Shown here one piece after another: positions 11,640-24,660 of a stretch of 64,000 nt of DNA. Source of the DNA: Octopus bimaculoides (Eukaryota); contig NC_069005.1 of the NCBI RefSeq assembly GCF_001194135.2, positions 224,993-288,992 of the forward strand, in the 5' to 3' direction. The notes below the pieces were generated by a model that had not been told where the DNA came from, made no database searches, and saw only the letters and a list, made by a program, of their open reading frames with translations. Position 1 is the stretch's first letter, and every line of letters starts with the position of its first letter. The translations under genes and the position numbers were made by a program.

Positions 11640-12620
11640 TGCCTGGGGCAACATTTTTTTGGTGTCTTTCTATTTTTAGCGTTTCCGTTAGAAAAGGGCT
11701 GGGGCCGCTCCTTGTGCTCCGCTGAAGTAAGTGGACGCTCTTTCCCTCGGTTAAACATCACTGACAGAGACTCACACGCCTGCGCAGCTGTTAGTCTTCC
11801 TCAAATCTTATTCATGTTTGGTGAACATCAGCCGATACATTTAGATATTTCTTTTTTCAATATAGTTTTCAATATTCTTGATGCAAATCCGTGGTATTTG
11901 GGATCGAATCCACTTCTCCGGTGTTTCTACTACTATAATCCTAAGTTTAGTGTCATTAAGAGCTTTCCAAATCAACGGGATAATTTTTCATTCGATGTAA
12001 CGTCTATAAACATTATACTTGAAGCTTGTTAGTGTTGAACCATGGGTTTATCTTATCCCTCTTCTTACTACTATTTTGGAGTCTATTTCATAGTTTATTA
12101 CGATATCTAGGGTGAGTTCTTTTTGTATTTTTACTTCGAATATTCTCCAAGTTTTTCCTTTGCTCCTTTTCGTGTTTCTGTCCTTGTGCTTGTAACAAGA
12201 GAACTGCATACCGTTATGATTATTTGGAATCCAGGAATAACTGCTGAAGAGTGAAAATGTTGGTGTAAGAGTAAGCAAAGTATATTTTAGTAGAAGGGAA
12301 TCGATAGTGTAAGATTTGATGTTCAGTAAGATTTCTTCAGATTATATATCTTACACAGAAATATTTATGTCTGAGAGAAATGATTAATTTTGATTTTTCG
12401 CTACGATTATTATCGAAGCGGTAGAAAATATCCTTCTTTTTCCTCAGAAATGTACTGGATATATTCGTATTTTTATGTCTATGTACTTCTACTTCCGTAA
12501 ACTCTTTCATATCGTTCGCTTATCATTTGGGCATTTCGTTCGAACACAGCAGCGGAACAGGAGTGTATATGAATAAACAAGCGTTTCATTTCCCTATGAG
12601 ATATTATCACAATTTCTATA
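11640..12620 (-). mobile_element. Decayed APE-type LINE ORF2 (endonuclease C-terminus and linker)
   Basis: Minus frames with stops and shifts give, in the expected order: RHKNTNISSTFL...TFYR-like, KIKINHF (SKIDHF-like), TEHQILHYRF (SDH-like), KINPWFN, YNVYRRY and RPLTSAEHKE...SNGNA. Confidence 0.55.
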
Positions 12621-12989
12621 TTCTACGTATTCTACCCAATTTACTGAATAATTATCATCTAATGCCTTCGAAGGCTATTCATTTGTTTCATACGCAAAAC
12701 ATGTAACAAAGAATTCCTGTTTGGTTTCAAAAACAACGAGATTTGTAACGGATTCTTTAAGATCAAGAGTTAAAGATTTCGCAAACATTTTCTGCGAAAT
12801 CTAATACAAGGGGAAATATTTCAACATTATATTTTTTGTACAGTCAGTTAAACGAAATATATTACATGAAAACGACCACAACGCATATTATAGACGTTTA
12901 TCAAAAAAGCTCACAAGCATAGACAAAAAATAAACCATTAAGAAAATCTATAAAAGCTGAAGAAATGATCACTTTGGCAACACTTGGTG

Positions 12990-13900
12990 TGCTTAGACGA
13001 AATATTAATTTCAAATCTAATTTGGTGAAGAACATTTCCACAAAACTCATTAACTTCAATGAACCTGAATTTGAGATACTTACGAAAAAGATTTAAAATA
13101 CATGATTCATTAAAATTTTAAAAAGATTAAATTTATCTTTTTTTTTTTTTTTTTTTGCTATGAACGCATTTCTCGCATTAATTTTTTTAATCTCATCAAC
13201 AATTAAATACGAATGCAGTTTTACTGTTTAACGGGATTAAATACTTTTCTTTTATAAAACCCTTTACATCAGAAAGCATTAAATTTCTACGATTTATCAG
13301 CTATAATTTAGAGATTACTATTAACAAATCTCACATGAAGATTGTTAAGCATGTAAGCTCTATTTATATATTTTGGCAAATACATTTGGCTAAAGAAAAA
13401 CGGCCTTGCTTCGCTCGATTTGATGCTAATTTGGATTCCCAAGATTTAATTTACCCTAGATTTCAATTTTAGCAGACTGGGGTGGATTTATATTGCGATG
13501 ACGGTTTATTGATTCTTGAGGGTTTGAAACCAACACATTTTTTTCATTTAAGGTTCCACTGTATTCAATGCACGAGACACAAACATATTTAACACTTAAT
13601 TTCTTATACTTAATCTTATCGACATTGAACAACTTTGAAGCACCATTCTTTCGGGGAAACTTTACGTAATAAAATATTAATACAAACTCAAATTGCCCAT
13701 GAAATCTCTTAAAGAATTTAATCCCTTCTAACTATTTATATTCCAAACAATATTGGTTTAACAGCATTGTAAATAACCTCCACAACAAGAGGTATTCAGC
13801 CGTACCGGCTTCAAAAATGATATCATTTACAAATACATTTTGTTCTAATAAACACACAAAAGATATAAGAATGGCAAGATATTGTTGTAATCCTGGTTCA
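12990..13900 (+). mobile_element. Decayed Penelope-like element reverse transcriptase
   Basis: Collinear PLE motifs: FGKYIWLKKNG (WxKK), FDANLDSQD (FDVTMGSYD-like), GVDLYCDDGLLIL (catalytic GLYRDDGL-like), TLNFLYLIL, NINTNSNCP-NLLKNLIPS (YINxxSNHPPxILKNIP-like) and GFKNDIIY. Confidence 0.75.
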
Positions 13901-14127
13901 TACATCGATATTATCATTTTGATGTTGACGAAAGAAGCAGCAATGCAAAATGTTTTATGAAATTAAGGGATATTTCGCCACCGATTACAAATCGAAAATC
14001 ATACACACACTTCGATATGCGAGAATATACATATATTTAGAGAAAGATTTTTTTTCAAAAAAGTTCAAATTAAGAAAAGAAAATTTTTTAGAGAATAGAA
14101 TTGTATTAACCTTTTGGAAGGAATTTC

Positions 14128-14283
14128 ACAAATTGTGTGTAGGCTTTAATAAATGTACAAGCGATTTCCGTTCTCAACATTATCACGCTCATATTATGGC
14201 TATTATATATAGCGGAACACATGGTTGATAACGTTGAAAATTGAAAGCGCTTGCGCATTTCTTAAAGCCTACACACAATTTGT
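14128..14283. repeat. 58-bp inverted repeat with a 40-bp spacer
   Basis: Arm 14128-14185 versus the reverse complement of 14226-14283: 50 of 58 identical by hand. Confidence 0.92.
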
Positions 14284-15338
14284 CGTAAACAAAGCGGTGT
14301 GCGTTCGAGTCCCAAGCGTACGGGAAAACCTACTTTTTTTTCTGTCAAGGGCTTATATACGCCCATTATTAGACTATTTTCTTTAGTCCTTGCGCGGCGA
14401 TTGCTTATAAGCTTTAAGTTTATAAAATACTATTATTATTATTATATATATATATGCATATTATTGTATTTTTCTCTCTTACCTGTGTAGTCCAATCTTT
14501 TCCAGTTCATTTCCAGTTCATTTACCTGTTTCTATTTCTCTTTTTTCCCTTCTTTCATCTTCTTCCTCTACCAAACCATATATGTGCGAATGTGTGTGTG
14601 CAGAGCTGTGTGTATCATTACAGGTGTGTTCGCGCACCAATCACTGTTCCCCCACCCCCCATCGATATTAGAAACCGACTTCAACACAATCAGTCAAAAT
14701 CAATCGATGCAGTTAATTACATTAATCCATTTATATTTGTAACTATAATTAACTCTGTGTGCAGACGAGCCACGAACACTTAGCCACATTACATGAATAT
14801 ATGCATATATATATATATATATATATAAATATTTTTAGATAGATAGATGTGTGTATTTTATGTATGCATTTGATTCTTTTAAGGACCTACTCAATATAAA
14901 AGAATGTCTGTAGGCGAGCGCATGTCCCTCCGGGGGTTATCACACTGATATATCGATATTTTTCTTTGAGGTGGCAGTTATATAATACAATAAACGATAT
15001 TGAATATATCGAAATACAAAACAAACACCAAAAAAAAAAAACAAAAAAAAAAGCAACACAGCTCCGTTGCTTCTTACTTGCAGTTTTGTTGTCGACGAAG
15101 AAGAACGTTAAACGAGGCTTTCGATATATTCGTCTCTCGTAGATTTTTGTTGTTAGTGGCTCACCTCACGTCAGCTCTGATCTGACGGATCCATGCGCGA
15201 TGGAAAGAGGCATCAGCCGTGATCATCACGTCTTTCTCTTTCTGTTTGGTGAATCTAAGACTACGTTGTCAAAATGTGCTTGGTTTTTGTAAAGGTTGTA
15301 GATATAGTGGGGGAATCATTATAATAAGTGTGTTCTAA

Positions 15339-15559
15339 GGCGGGGGGAGCTGGCAGAATCGTTAGCACGCCGGGCGAAATGCTTAGCGGTATTTCGCCTG
15401 CCGCTATGTTCTGAGTTCAAATTCCGCCCAGGTAGACTTCGTCTTTCATCCTTTCGGGGTCGATTAAATAAGTACCAGTTACGCACTGGGTCGATGTAAT
15501 TGACTTAATCCCTCTCCACAAACTTGAGGCCTTGTGCTTCCAATAGAAAGAATTATTAT
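15339..15559 (+). mobile_element. SINE family A, full length, well preserved, tail type 2
   Basis: GGCGGGGGGAGCTGGCAGAATCGTTAGCACGCCGGGCGAAATGCTTAGCGG...GAGTTCAAATTCCGCC...GGCCTTGTGCTTCCAATAGAAAGAATTATTAT. It is followed by a decayed second head at about 15573-15650. Confidence 0.95.
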
Positions 15560-15799
15560 ATATAAATTAGCAAAGGCAGTAAGACGGCAAAATCGTTTGA
15601 GTATCGAGTATTTCTTCCGATACTTGATGTTCTGAGTTCAAATCCCACCAATGCTATAGGTAAACTATTATAAACCGAGTGACAAACGCAGCGAGCGGGA
15701 AGAACTGTTATAGTGACGGAAAAATTCTTTGTAGCGTTAGTAAGAGAATGTTATATACATAGGTATAGACAGCCGGTTTATGCATGTTTGTGCGAATGT

Positions 15800-15885
15800 A
15801 TCAAAATCTCATAATTTCAGGCACCTTCTTAATAAAGACAAAGTTATTTTACTAAATTCTTCATTATTTTCAAAAGTAATTTACG
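15800..15885 (-). mobile_element. Fragment of the MITE seen at 50169-50702
   Basis: Reverse complement contains TTTTGAAAATAATGAAGAATTTAGTAAAATAACTTTGTCTTTATTAAG, matching 50310-50357. Confidence 0.6.
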
Positions 15886-16622
15886 CTGAGGCAACATTCA
15901 ATGCTATTTAGCATTGAATGTTGTATGGTGTCTATCGTCTACATCGATAGAAATTTCAAAAGGAACATATTAAAATAGTAATATAATAGTATTCTAATGG
16001 AGTAATAGAATAATATGCTAATAAATATAGTAATATAGCAATATATTAATAGAGTGATGCTAATTTCCTGTGTTTGGCTCAGTTTTACACATTTGAAGGA
16101 GACGTTTATAATCGATCGATCACATTAAACGGCTGTTGTTTTTTTGTTTTTTTTGGGGGGGGGGGCTAAACAGCAATGAAATCAGGGAGCTACTATTTCC
16201 CCATTTAGTTCTATATTGGTATAGCATAATTAGATATGCTCGGCACTGTTATCTGCATCCACTGGCATCCATTGCGTCTTGCGATTTATATTTATCACTG
16301 CTGGAATCTGATTAACTAAAATATGGTGCATATAAAAATGAAGAAATAGCCACACGATAAACAACAACAACAACAACAAACAGACTGCGCCAAGTGGCAC
16401 TAACCTAAATGGTAATTTATTCTGCTTTGCATTTAAAATAAAATGTCACATTTCGAATTGAAATGGTTTCTGTACTTTTCAATTAATTTAAGAGATTTCC
16501 ATTTATTTTACTCATTCGATTAGAAAATAGATTTTTATCTTTTTTTATATAGTATTTTCTTCAATTTATTATAAATTGCACATGTACATGCAGGTATGCA
16601 TATGCATATAAATAAGTGGGTG

Positions 16623-16670
<48 letters not shown>

Positions 16671-17554
16671 TATATATATATATATGTATATATGTATGTA
16701 TATCTATGTATGTTTGTATATACATATATTTATGAATATATATTTGTATAAGCATATCTGTGTATGTAAATATGTGTATATGTATTATACATGATACATA
16801 TACAACCATATACAGATATATCTGCATGTATAAATATAGATATGTATCTACTTATATATGTATGTATGCATGTATATATGCACATACATATAAGTGCATG
16901 TACACACACACACATATATACACGCACAAACTCATACATATGCGTGTGCGCGCGCGCATATTCAAACCAACGAAACAAGCCGATGCATGAAACGTGAAGA
17001 CACAATCAACTTCGTAGTCACAATAAATTAACTCCATTGTCACCATAGAATCACTTTTCTCGCAAATGTTTCCTTGTTATTCTTGAACTTACTTTAAAAT
17101 AATATTCTTAAAAGTATAACCTAGTTTGACTCTCCATATATACATGTGTGTGTAAGGGTGTTTGTACACTTACTTATTTATACATATATATGTAATAAGC
17201 AAACACAAATATTTCTCAACATCGCTACACACCTTTCGGCAGAGTGGTTTATTCGCAACATTACGTTAATTGGCATTGGTCAAATAGTCATGTTCAATTC
17301 CGATTTGGGAATTTACATCTAAGTGTTATTTTGATCGGCAGTTAACGGCTCGTAATAAACAGTGCTGTGACCATGAAAGCACGACTGCCGACTATTGAGG
17401 TTGGCTGGGATTTCGATTTAGACACAAGGAGAAACCAGAACACGTCTATCTTGGTGTAATTATTGAGAAATACATCTTTAAACGTTATATGAGAGAAACA
17501 CTGTATGCGTGCTTAAACACATGTACACACATGCGAAAAAAAACATACATACAT

Positions 17555-17595
<41 letters not shown>

Positions 17596-18666
17596 GGCAC
17601 GAGGGAAGAGCATATGGTAATTTCAGAGTTTCCTCTTCTCTGGAACGACAGACTGGGAAAGCATAAAATCATAATACCATGCTATAGGCAAGTGCTAAGT
17701 TCAACCCAGACTATGTATGTATGTGTATGTATGGTGTAAGCAACATACATGCATACATATTATTCATGTATATGCATAAGCAAATACTCATTAAGATACA
17801 ATGATATATATATATATCGTCACTCCGACGACGGTGAAAATAACTTGTAACATCAACAATTTTTTGTGATTTCAGAAGCAATTTTCATTTGAATTTGAAT
17901 ATAATTTATGTTAATTTATGAAACACCAATTTACTAATCAATTATTCTGGCATTTATTATCTTCTTGTTTCTTTGATTATATTCCCATGATGCTTTTCGC
18001 AATGTCTACTCTAATTTTGACTGACACAAATAAAGATTACTTGCTTGTAAATTTCATTAATTCTGCATTCGTTTTAATGATTTGCCATAAATTTTCAGTG
18101 GAGGTCACAACTGGAAACTGACCTGATGAACATAAAGTTTGAAACTTGTGAACCCCGAAAAACCTATTGATCAATTTGGTTGCATGAATCAAGAACATCT
18201 TCATACAAGTTAGTCTGGGCAGAGTTGAAGTCTCGGAGGAAGAGACTTGTCGACTTTCTCTTATATTCGCAGTGAAAGAGTTTTGCTGAAATGAGTGACT
18301 GGTGCAATAGCTACGTATTCGTATTATTCAAAATAATTAATCACAAGATAATTAGCCACAAATAAACATCAGCATTTCTCATTTCGTTTATTCAAGCATC
18401 AATTACAGTCATCTGGAAAAAGATGAGTCACAGAAACTCATGATTTCCGATTGAGGAACATAAATATTTCTCAACACTGAAATTATTAACCATTTTTGTT
18501 TGGTGGGTCTTGATATCTACTCTCTGATAATGTCTCGTGTAGTGACCCCCTCGAAGGTGGTTTACTCGGAAGATAATGGACCAATTTTCTTATCGGTGCT
18601 TATATACAAGATGACGTTTTCTAATTGATTGAGTTAGGTTCCGATGAACAAATAGAATACGTGTAA

Positions 18667-18740
18667 ATGTATGTGTGCGTTGTACGTGTGTGTATGTATG
18701 TGTGCGTTGTACGTGTGTGTATGTATGTGTGCGTTGTGTA
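18667..18740. repeat. 27-bp tandem repeat, about 2.7 copies
   Basis: Unit ATGTATGTGTGCGTTGTACGTGTGTGT. Confidence 0.85.
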
Positions 18741-19404
18741 TGTGACTGTATGAGTGTGTGCATATACACATACATACGTACATATATATCATGAACTAAC
18801 TGTTACTTTCTCAGATGCAGCACAGAATTTTGTCAGTGAAGAGGTCGCGGTCTGAAAGCGACGAAAATATTTTGACAAATTAAATTTAAATGTTGAAGTG
18901 AATCTGACGGCTTTTGTGTGTTATTTTAAATGGCTTATAAACATGTATGTATGTATGTATGTATGTATGTATGTATGGTATGTATGGTATGTATGTATGT
19001 ATGTATGTATGTATGTATGTATGTATGTATGTATGTATGCGTGTGCGTGTTCTAATATAATTGAGCGCGTGGTCGTATATTGAGCGTAGAAGCTGAAATA
19101 TTTTTTTGCGTGAATTGCAAAGAGAGTAAAACAAGGACTCGTTTTCAGCAAAAATTTACTTATCGACCATGGAACTCATTTGCATATTTATGCATATTCA
19201 TCTCCTTCTCAAACAGTCATAATGATTTACCAAACTTCCCTATTTTCAATCATAACTTTGGCCTACGTACGTCCTTGTAATTACTTCGGTTTATCTATAT
19301 TTATCGATCTCCGAACTCCGTTATTCATCCTTTTTCTGCTATAGTAATATTTCCTACTGTGTATGATAGTTGTCTTTTATATTAATCTATAATAATAATA
19401 ATAA

Positions 19405-19724
19405 TAACTGGCTGAACCCGTGAAAACTTCACGGAAAACAAAAAAATGTAAGCATCTGTAAATAGTGACTTCATTTGATAACTATCGAATAATTATGTAT
19501 AAGCAGGACTCTTGGAAATTCTACGAAATGCAAAAAATATAAGCATCTTTAAAAGTAACATCCAATTATAGTGTAGAAAAGTAAAAAGCAATATTGAATA
19601 TTGGCTGAGGACCCAGAATATAGAATACGGTAATTAATTATATTGTTGGTTATAAATCTGTCTACTCTGAAAATACTGATAAACATTTAAAAACACGAAG
19701 CGAACGCCACCTTCGTTTCAGTCA

Positions 19725-19727
<3 letters not shown>
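19405..19727 (+). mobile_element. Possible non-autonomous Helitron/DINE-like fragment
   Basis: Starts ACTGGCTGAACCCGTGAAAACTTCACGG (CCGTG/CACGG hairpin), has an internal imperfect duplication of AAAAAATRTAAGCATCT, and ends at a long (TC)n. Family assignment is inference. Confidence 0.25.

Positions 19728-19812
<85 letters not shown>
19728..19812. repeat. (TC)n microsatellite
   Basis: About 42 units. Confidence 0.97.
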
Positions 19813-19815
<3 letters not shown>

Positions 19816-19909
19816 CTACCACCCACTTCAATTATGTCTTCTCTGCTTAACCCTTTTTTTTCTCTTTCTTTCTACCTCTCCCTTCAACTGTAACATCCAA
19901 CCTGCACAC

Positions 19910-20135
19910 CCTCCACTTCTTCCAGCCTTATCTATTGCATTACATGTCATCTCTGCAACAAACTCTACAATGGTCTGCCGGATCACCGACTGGCCGACCG
20001 ATTCACCGGGCACCTATAAAATGTTCGGCTACGTACGAACACCCCCGGTCGCCCGTCATTTCCGCTTGGCTAACCACTCTACCTCGAATATCTCCGTCTT
20101 CGGCCTCGCCCTGCACCACGGAGGTTTGGTGCGGG
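19910..20135 (+). mobile_element. Penelope-like GIY-YIG endonuclease remnant
   Basis: STSSSLIYCITCHLCNKLYNGLPDHRLADRFTGHL*, then PVARHFRLANHSTSNISVFGL, matches the PLE pattern S-N-L-I-Y-C-I-x-C-x-x-C...Y-I-G-x-T-x-R-R-L-x-D-R-F-x-E-H...P-V-A-R-H-F. Confidence 0.8.
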
Positions 20136-20376
20136 CGCAGGTATGGCTATCTTCTGCAAATATTGATAGATTAAGTTCGAGATTTAAAGAGTAAGAATGA
20201 AATAATACATAGAAGATTCTAGTAATCAGTACATATAAATTCAAGTCGATATGGGTGTAAAGAATCTGTGTTAAAACGCAAACAATTTACTAGAATGATG
20301 AAGTTGTCATTAAATTTGTGAAAAAGAGTGGTTGACACAATATACTAGCCATTAGTTTATGTAATATATACAATGC

Positions 20377-20438
<62 letters not shown>

Positions 20439-20903
20439 TACGTATGCATGCATATTACTGAAACTAATAGCTTGTTAACTGTTCTTAGCGAGTTAATTAT
20501 CAAACGGTCTTTCTTCAAATCGAATGACAACCTCATACCATAGTAAGTCATTTGATACTTCTTACAACCATAGCTACAGGAATTTCTGCTGTGACAAATA
20601 CGAGTGATTGCTTTGAAATATCTGCGCCGGAAACGAATTTGTTATTGTTCGTCTCTTTCTGCAGAACACTCTTGACAGATAACTCAGCTGCAGCATGTAA
20701 CGTCAAGGTCGTCGGTCACCAATTATCGATTCCTATTTCGTGATTATATATACAAACAGAGAGGGAGAGAGAGATTTATAACTATATAAATATAGATAGA
20801 TATGGTAATGTATATCCATATGATGTTCAGTTATACCTTCTACACTCATCTTTCATTATATTTGTGAACTTTTACACCCGCGCGTGCGCACTCACGTACT
20901 AAG

Positions 20904-20962
<59 letters not shown>

Positions 20963-21182
20963 GCAGGCAAGCGCGTGCTTACGCAAGTGTCATTCAATCC
21001 AATAGCATTCCACATACAAAATTCATTCATATTATTTCTTTTACATGTTAGATAAACATGTAAAGAATCTCCTATTAGAAAATCTTATATTATTTTTGCA
21101 TTTATTTTTGCATTTATATATATACACACACAGGCATATATATATGTGCGCGCACACACATATACATACATATACGTGTGTT

Positions 21183-21188
<6 letters not shown>

Positions 21189-21268
<80 letters not shown>
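21189..21268. repeat. (TA)n microsatellite, representative of dozens of TA, TG/CA, GA and tetranucleotide tracts across the window
   Basis: 40 perfect TA units. Confidence 0.97.
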
Positions 21269-21272
<4 letters not shown>

Positions 21273-21751
21273 CATATATACATACGCACATACCAAAAAA
21301 CTCAGATTATAACTTATTTTCTTAACCGAAAATATATATATAAAAATAAGATGAAGCAAATTGTATTTAGTAAGTGAAAAAGTAATTTACGATGGCGTGT
21401 ATCTGATTATAAATTACTAAAATGTGTAAGTAATTACAGTTAAAAGAGTGATAATTTTATAGACATACCTAATAAATTAGGTATGTCTATTTTATTTACA
21501 CAAAAATGTATACCCACGAATGCATTCGTTTTATGGTATTGTAAAGGTAATATCACGAAGACAGAAAAAAGTATATTCTGTAATTGTTTGCATGCATGAA
21601 CACGCAGAAGGCTTTATAGCTGATATGTGTTAGTGTGTGTGTGTGTGTGAACACCAACAAATATCTTTATATTGTATATAATTTATGCACATATATCTAT
21701 AAGTATATGGGAGTATGTGTGTCTATGCATATGTTTGTTTATACATGAAAA

Positions 21752-21789
<38 letters not shown>

Positions 21790-21808
21790 CATACATACAT
21801 ACATATAT

Positions 21809-21857
<49 letters not shown>

Positions 21858-22950
21858 TACACACACACATGGCATTGATTCGGCTTATGACAATAAAACT
21901 AATTTGATCGTCAGAAATCTCCCTAAATCTTCGTACATGAAACGTCAAGGACTGGAGCCGTCAGCCTGTTGGACAACCAGAGGAATGCAAGTGCTTCCAC
22001 CAGGAAAGGAAGGAAAGAACAAGAGCACAAGGGGAGAAAAAGGAAAAGGAAAAGATGAAACAACTACAACCGAAGTCTTGCCTTTCACACTACAGAAACT
22101 GGAGGTGTGACAGATGAGGGCCCTACCGCCACGGAACTGGGGAAACTGGCCTATTAGGAAGAGATGGAGGAGATGGCGTTCTATGCTGGGAAATAAAGAG
22201 AGAACACGCGGTGTGTCTGTGTATTGATATCAGCAAAGGAAGAGGTGATGCGTTGATGTGAGGGGGGGGAGTGGTGTGCAAGTGTGAGTATGTGATAGTA
22301 TAGTGCAGTGTGGGGGAGGTGAAGAAGTGGTAGCAGGCGTGAGTATAGGATAAAAAAGGATGGCAAGAAGGAATGTGGAGGGTGTAGTGGGAGGTAGAGA
22401 AGTGAAAGTAGAAAAAGCAAAACAAAAAAATTAACAAATAGTGTAAAAATGGAAATTACATTTGTTTACGTGAAAAAGGAAAAGAAGACAGCTGGAGGGG
22501 GGGGGCAAGAAGAAGGCATTAGAAGTGTATATAAATGGAATGAAAAAATACTACTACTACTATTACTACTAATACTACTATTGCTAATAATAATAATAAT
22601 AATNNNNNNNNNNNNNNNNNNNNNNNNNNNNNNNNNNNNNNNNNNNNNNNNNNNNNNNNNNNNNNNNNNNNNNNNNNNNNNNNNNNNNNNNNNNNNNNNN
22701 NNNNNNNNNNNNNNNNNNNNNNNNNNNNNNNNNNNNNNNNNNNNNNNNNNNNNNNNNNNNNNNNNNNNNNNNNNNNNNNNNNNNNNNNNNNNNNNNNNNN
22801 NNNNNNNNNNNNNNNNNNNNNNNNNNNNNNNNNNNNNNNNNNNNNNNNNNNNNNNNNNNNNNNNNNNNNNNNNNNNNNNNNNNATTAGAAGTGTATATAA
22901 ATGGAATGAAAAAATACTACTACTACTATTACTACTAATACTACTATTGC

Positions 22951-22980
<30 letters not shown>

Positions 22981-22984
<4 letters not shown>

Positions 22985-23117
22985 CCTTTCTACTATAGGC
23001 ACAAGGCCTGAAATTTTGGGGGAGGGGGCCATTCGATTAGATTGAGCCTCCGTACGCAACTGATACCTAATTTATCGACCCTGAAAGGCAAAGTCGACTT
23101 CGGCGGAATTTGAATTT
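22981..23117 (-). mobile_element. SINE family A, 5'-truncated, tail type 2 followed by (ATT)n
   Basis: CCTTTCTACTATAGGCACAAGGCCTGAAATTTTGGGGG...AAGGCAAAGTCGACTTCGGCGGAATTTGAA. Confidence 0.88.
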
Positions 23118-23376
23118 AAAACCGAATAACCAGGGATTCAGGTGAATCAAGATTCTAAATATCAGTGACGAGCAAGTTAAAAGTGCTTAAATTTCGTGAA
23201 TCTCTATAAATATTCAATTGACCAATAAACCCAGCAAAATGCATCTAAAAACAGAGCAAAAAAGGCAAAATTCTGAGCTCTAAAATAATGAATAAATATT
23301 TTCCAAAATGCATTTACGTAATTATGAACTCTGAAATATATATCTACCAAAGAGGTTCCATAAAAAACTGAAGTTC

Positions 23377-23411
<35 letters not shown>

Positions 23412-23484
23412 TATATACGTACGCATATACGCACACACACATACATATATATAATTATATATTGATACACATATACATACACAT

Positions 23485-23533
<49 letters not shown>

Positions 23534-23750
23534 NNNNNNNNNNNNNNNNNNNNNNNNNNNNNNNNNNNNNNNNNNNNNNNNNNNNNNNNNNNNNNNNNNN
23601 NNNNNNNNNNNNNNNNNNNNNNNNNNNNNNNNNNNNNNNNAAGGAGCTGATTAAAAGAAGTTGTATTGAAAAGTATCCTACACACGTGTGTGTGTATTTA
23701 GATATATGCATATATTTCTGTGTATGTATATATACATATGTGTGTGAAAG

Positions 23751-23828
<78 letters not shown>

Positions 23829-24077
23829 CACACACACACACACACGCATACACACACACAGGTATATGTAAATGTATCGATAAGTACATATACATACATG
23901 TATCGACAGGTGTGTGTGTGTGTGTGTCTCTCTCTCTCTCTCCCTCTCTCCCTCTCTCTCGCTCTCTGATCGATTGGCAACCTCTGCTGTATTGTTTTAA
24001 TGACCGGCAACTTAGCAATTTGTCAAATGATGAAACGTAGGATAAATGTTAGACCATAAAATATATCCTGGAGGGAA

Positions 24078-24187
24078 TCGATGGACTAAAACCTTCATAA
24101 TGGACCCCTGGCATTTCAGAGCTTTTCGCTTTGAAACCAAAAGAGTTTTACATTGATGGGATTAAAAAGCTCGTAAATAGATGGAAG
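24078..24187 (+). mobile_element. mariner transposase C-terminal fragment
   Basis: SELFALKPKEFYIDGIKKLVNRWK matches the mariner terminal motif FFxSKPxxFYxxGIxKLxxRW. Confidence 0.75.
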
Positions 24188-24471
24188 TTACCTCCGAGGC
24201 ACAAGTTCGGGCAAGTTTGTTTGTGGAAGGCCAGCAGTCGCCCATGCATACCAGCCTCCCCCTCTCCACACCACCGATGTTATCCAAGGCAAAGGGGCCG
24301 ATACAGCTTGGCACCAGTGATGTCGCAACTCATTTCTACAGCTGAGTTAACTGGAGCAACGTGAAATAAAGTGTCTTGCTCAAGAACACAACACACAGCC
24401 CTGTCTGGGAATCGAACTCACAACTTCACGATCGTAAGCTCGACGCTCTAACCACTGAGTCATGCGCCTTC
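24188..24471 (-). mobile_element. SINE family C (tRNA head plus CORE-like domain), full length, interrupting the mariner remnant
   Basis: Reverse complement reads GAAGGCGCATGACTCAGTGGTTAGAGCGTCGAGCTTACGATCGTGAAGTTGTGAGTTCGATTCCC (A and B boxes), then GTGTTCTTGAGCAAGACACTTT...CTCAGCTGTAGAAATGAG, resembling the CORE motif TGACCTTGGGCAAGTCACTT...CTCATCTGTAAAATG. Confidence 0.88.
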
Positions 24472-24583
24472 TCATTTACTTAATATTTACTGGGTATTAA
24501 TTGAAACAGCTGTAAAGGATGGTGTTTAATTTGCTGTTAATAATAAACAATTATTAACTCCCCAATCTCCATTTTCTTTTTCT

Positions 24584-24660
<77 letters not shown>

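Noticed and set aside
16561-17046. The many HT-, CV-, YI- and RE-repeat ORFs here and throughout the track
   Set aside because: They are translations of (CA)n, (TG)n, (TA)n and (GA)n tracts, which lack stop codons.
18120-18150. CTGATGA...GAAAC spacing resembling a hammerhead
   Set aside because: No valid stem II or stem I pairing.
22519-22983. About 85-bp exact direct repeat on both sides of an N gap
   Set aside because: Most simply an unmerged contig overlap at a microsatellite (assembly artefact).
24400-24471. tRNA-like sequences here and at 40345-40417
   Set aside because: The acceptor stems do not close properly and both continue into SINE bodies, so they are SINE heads rather than tRNA genes.
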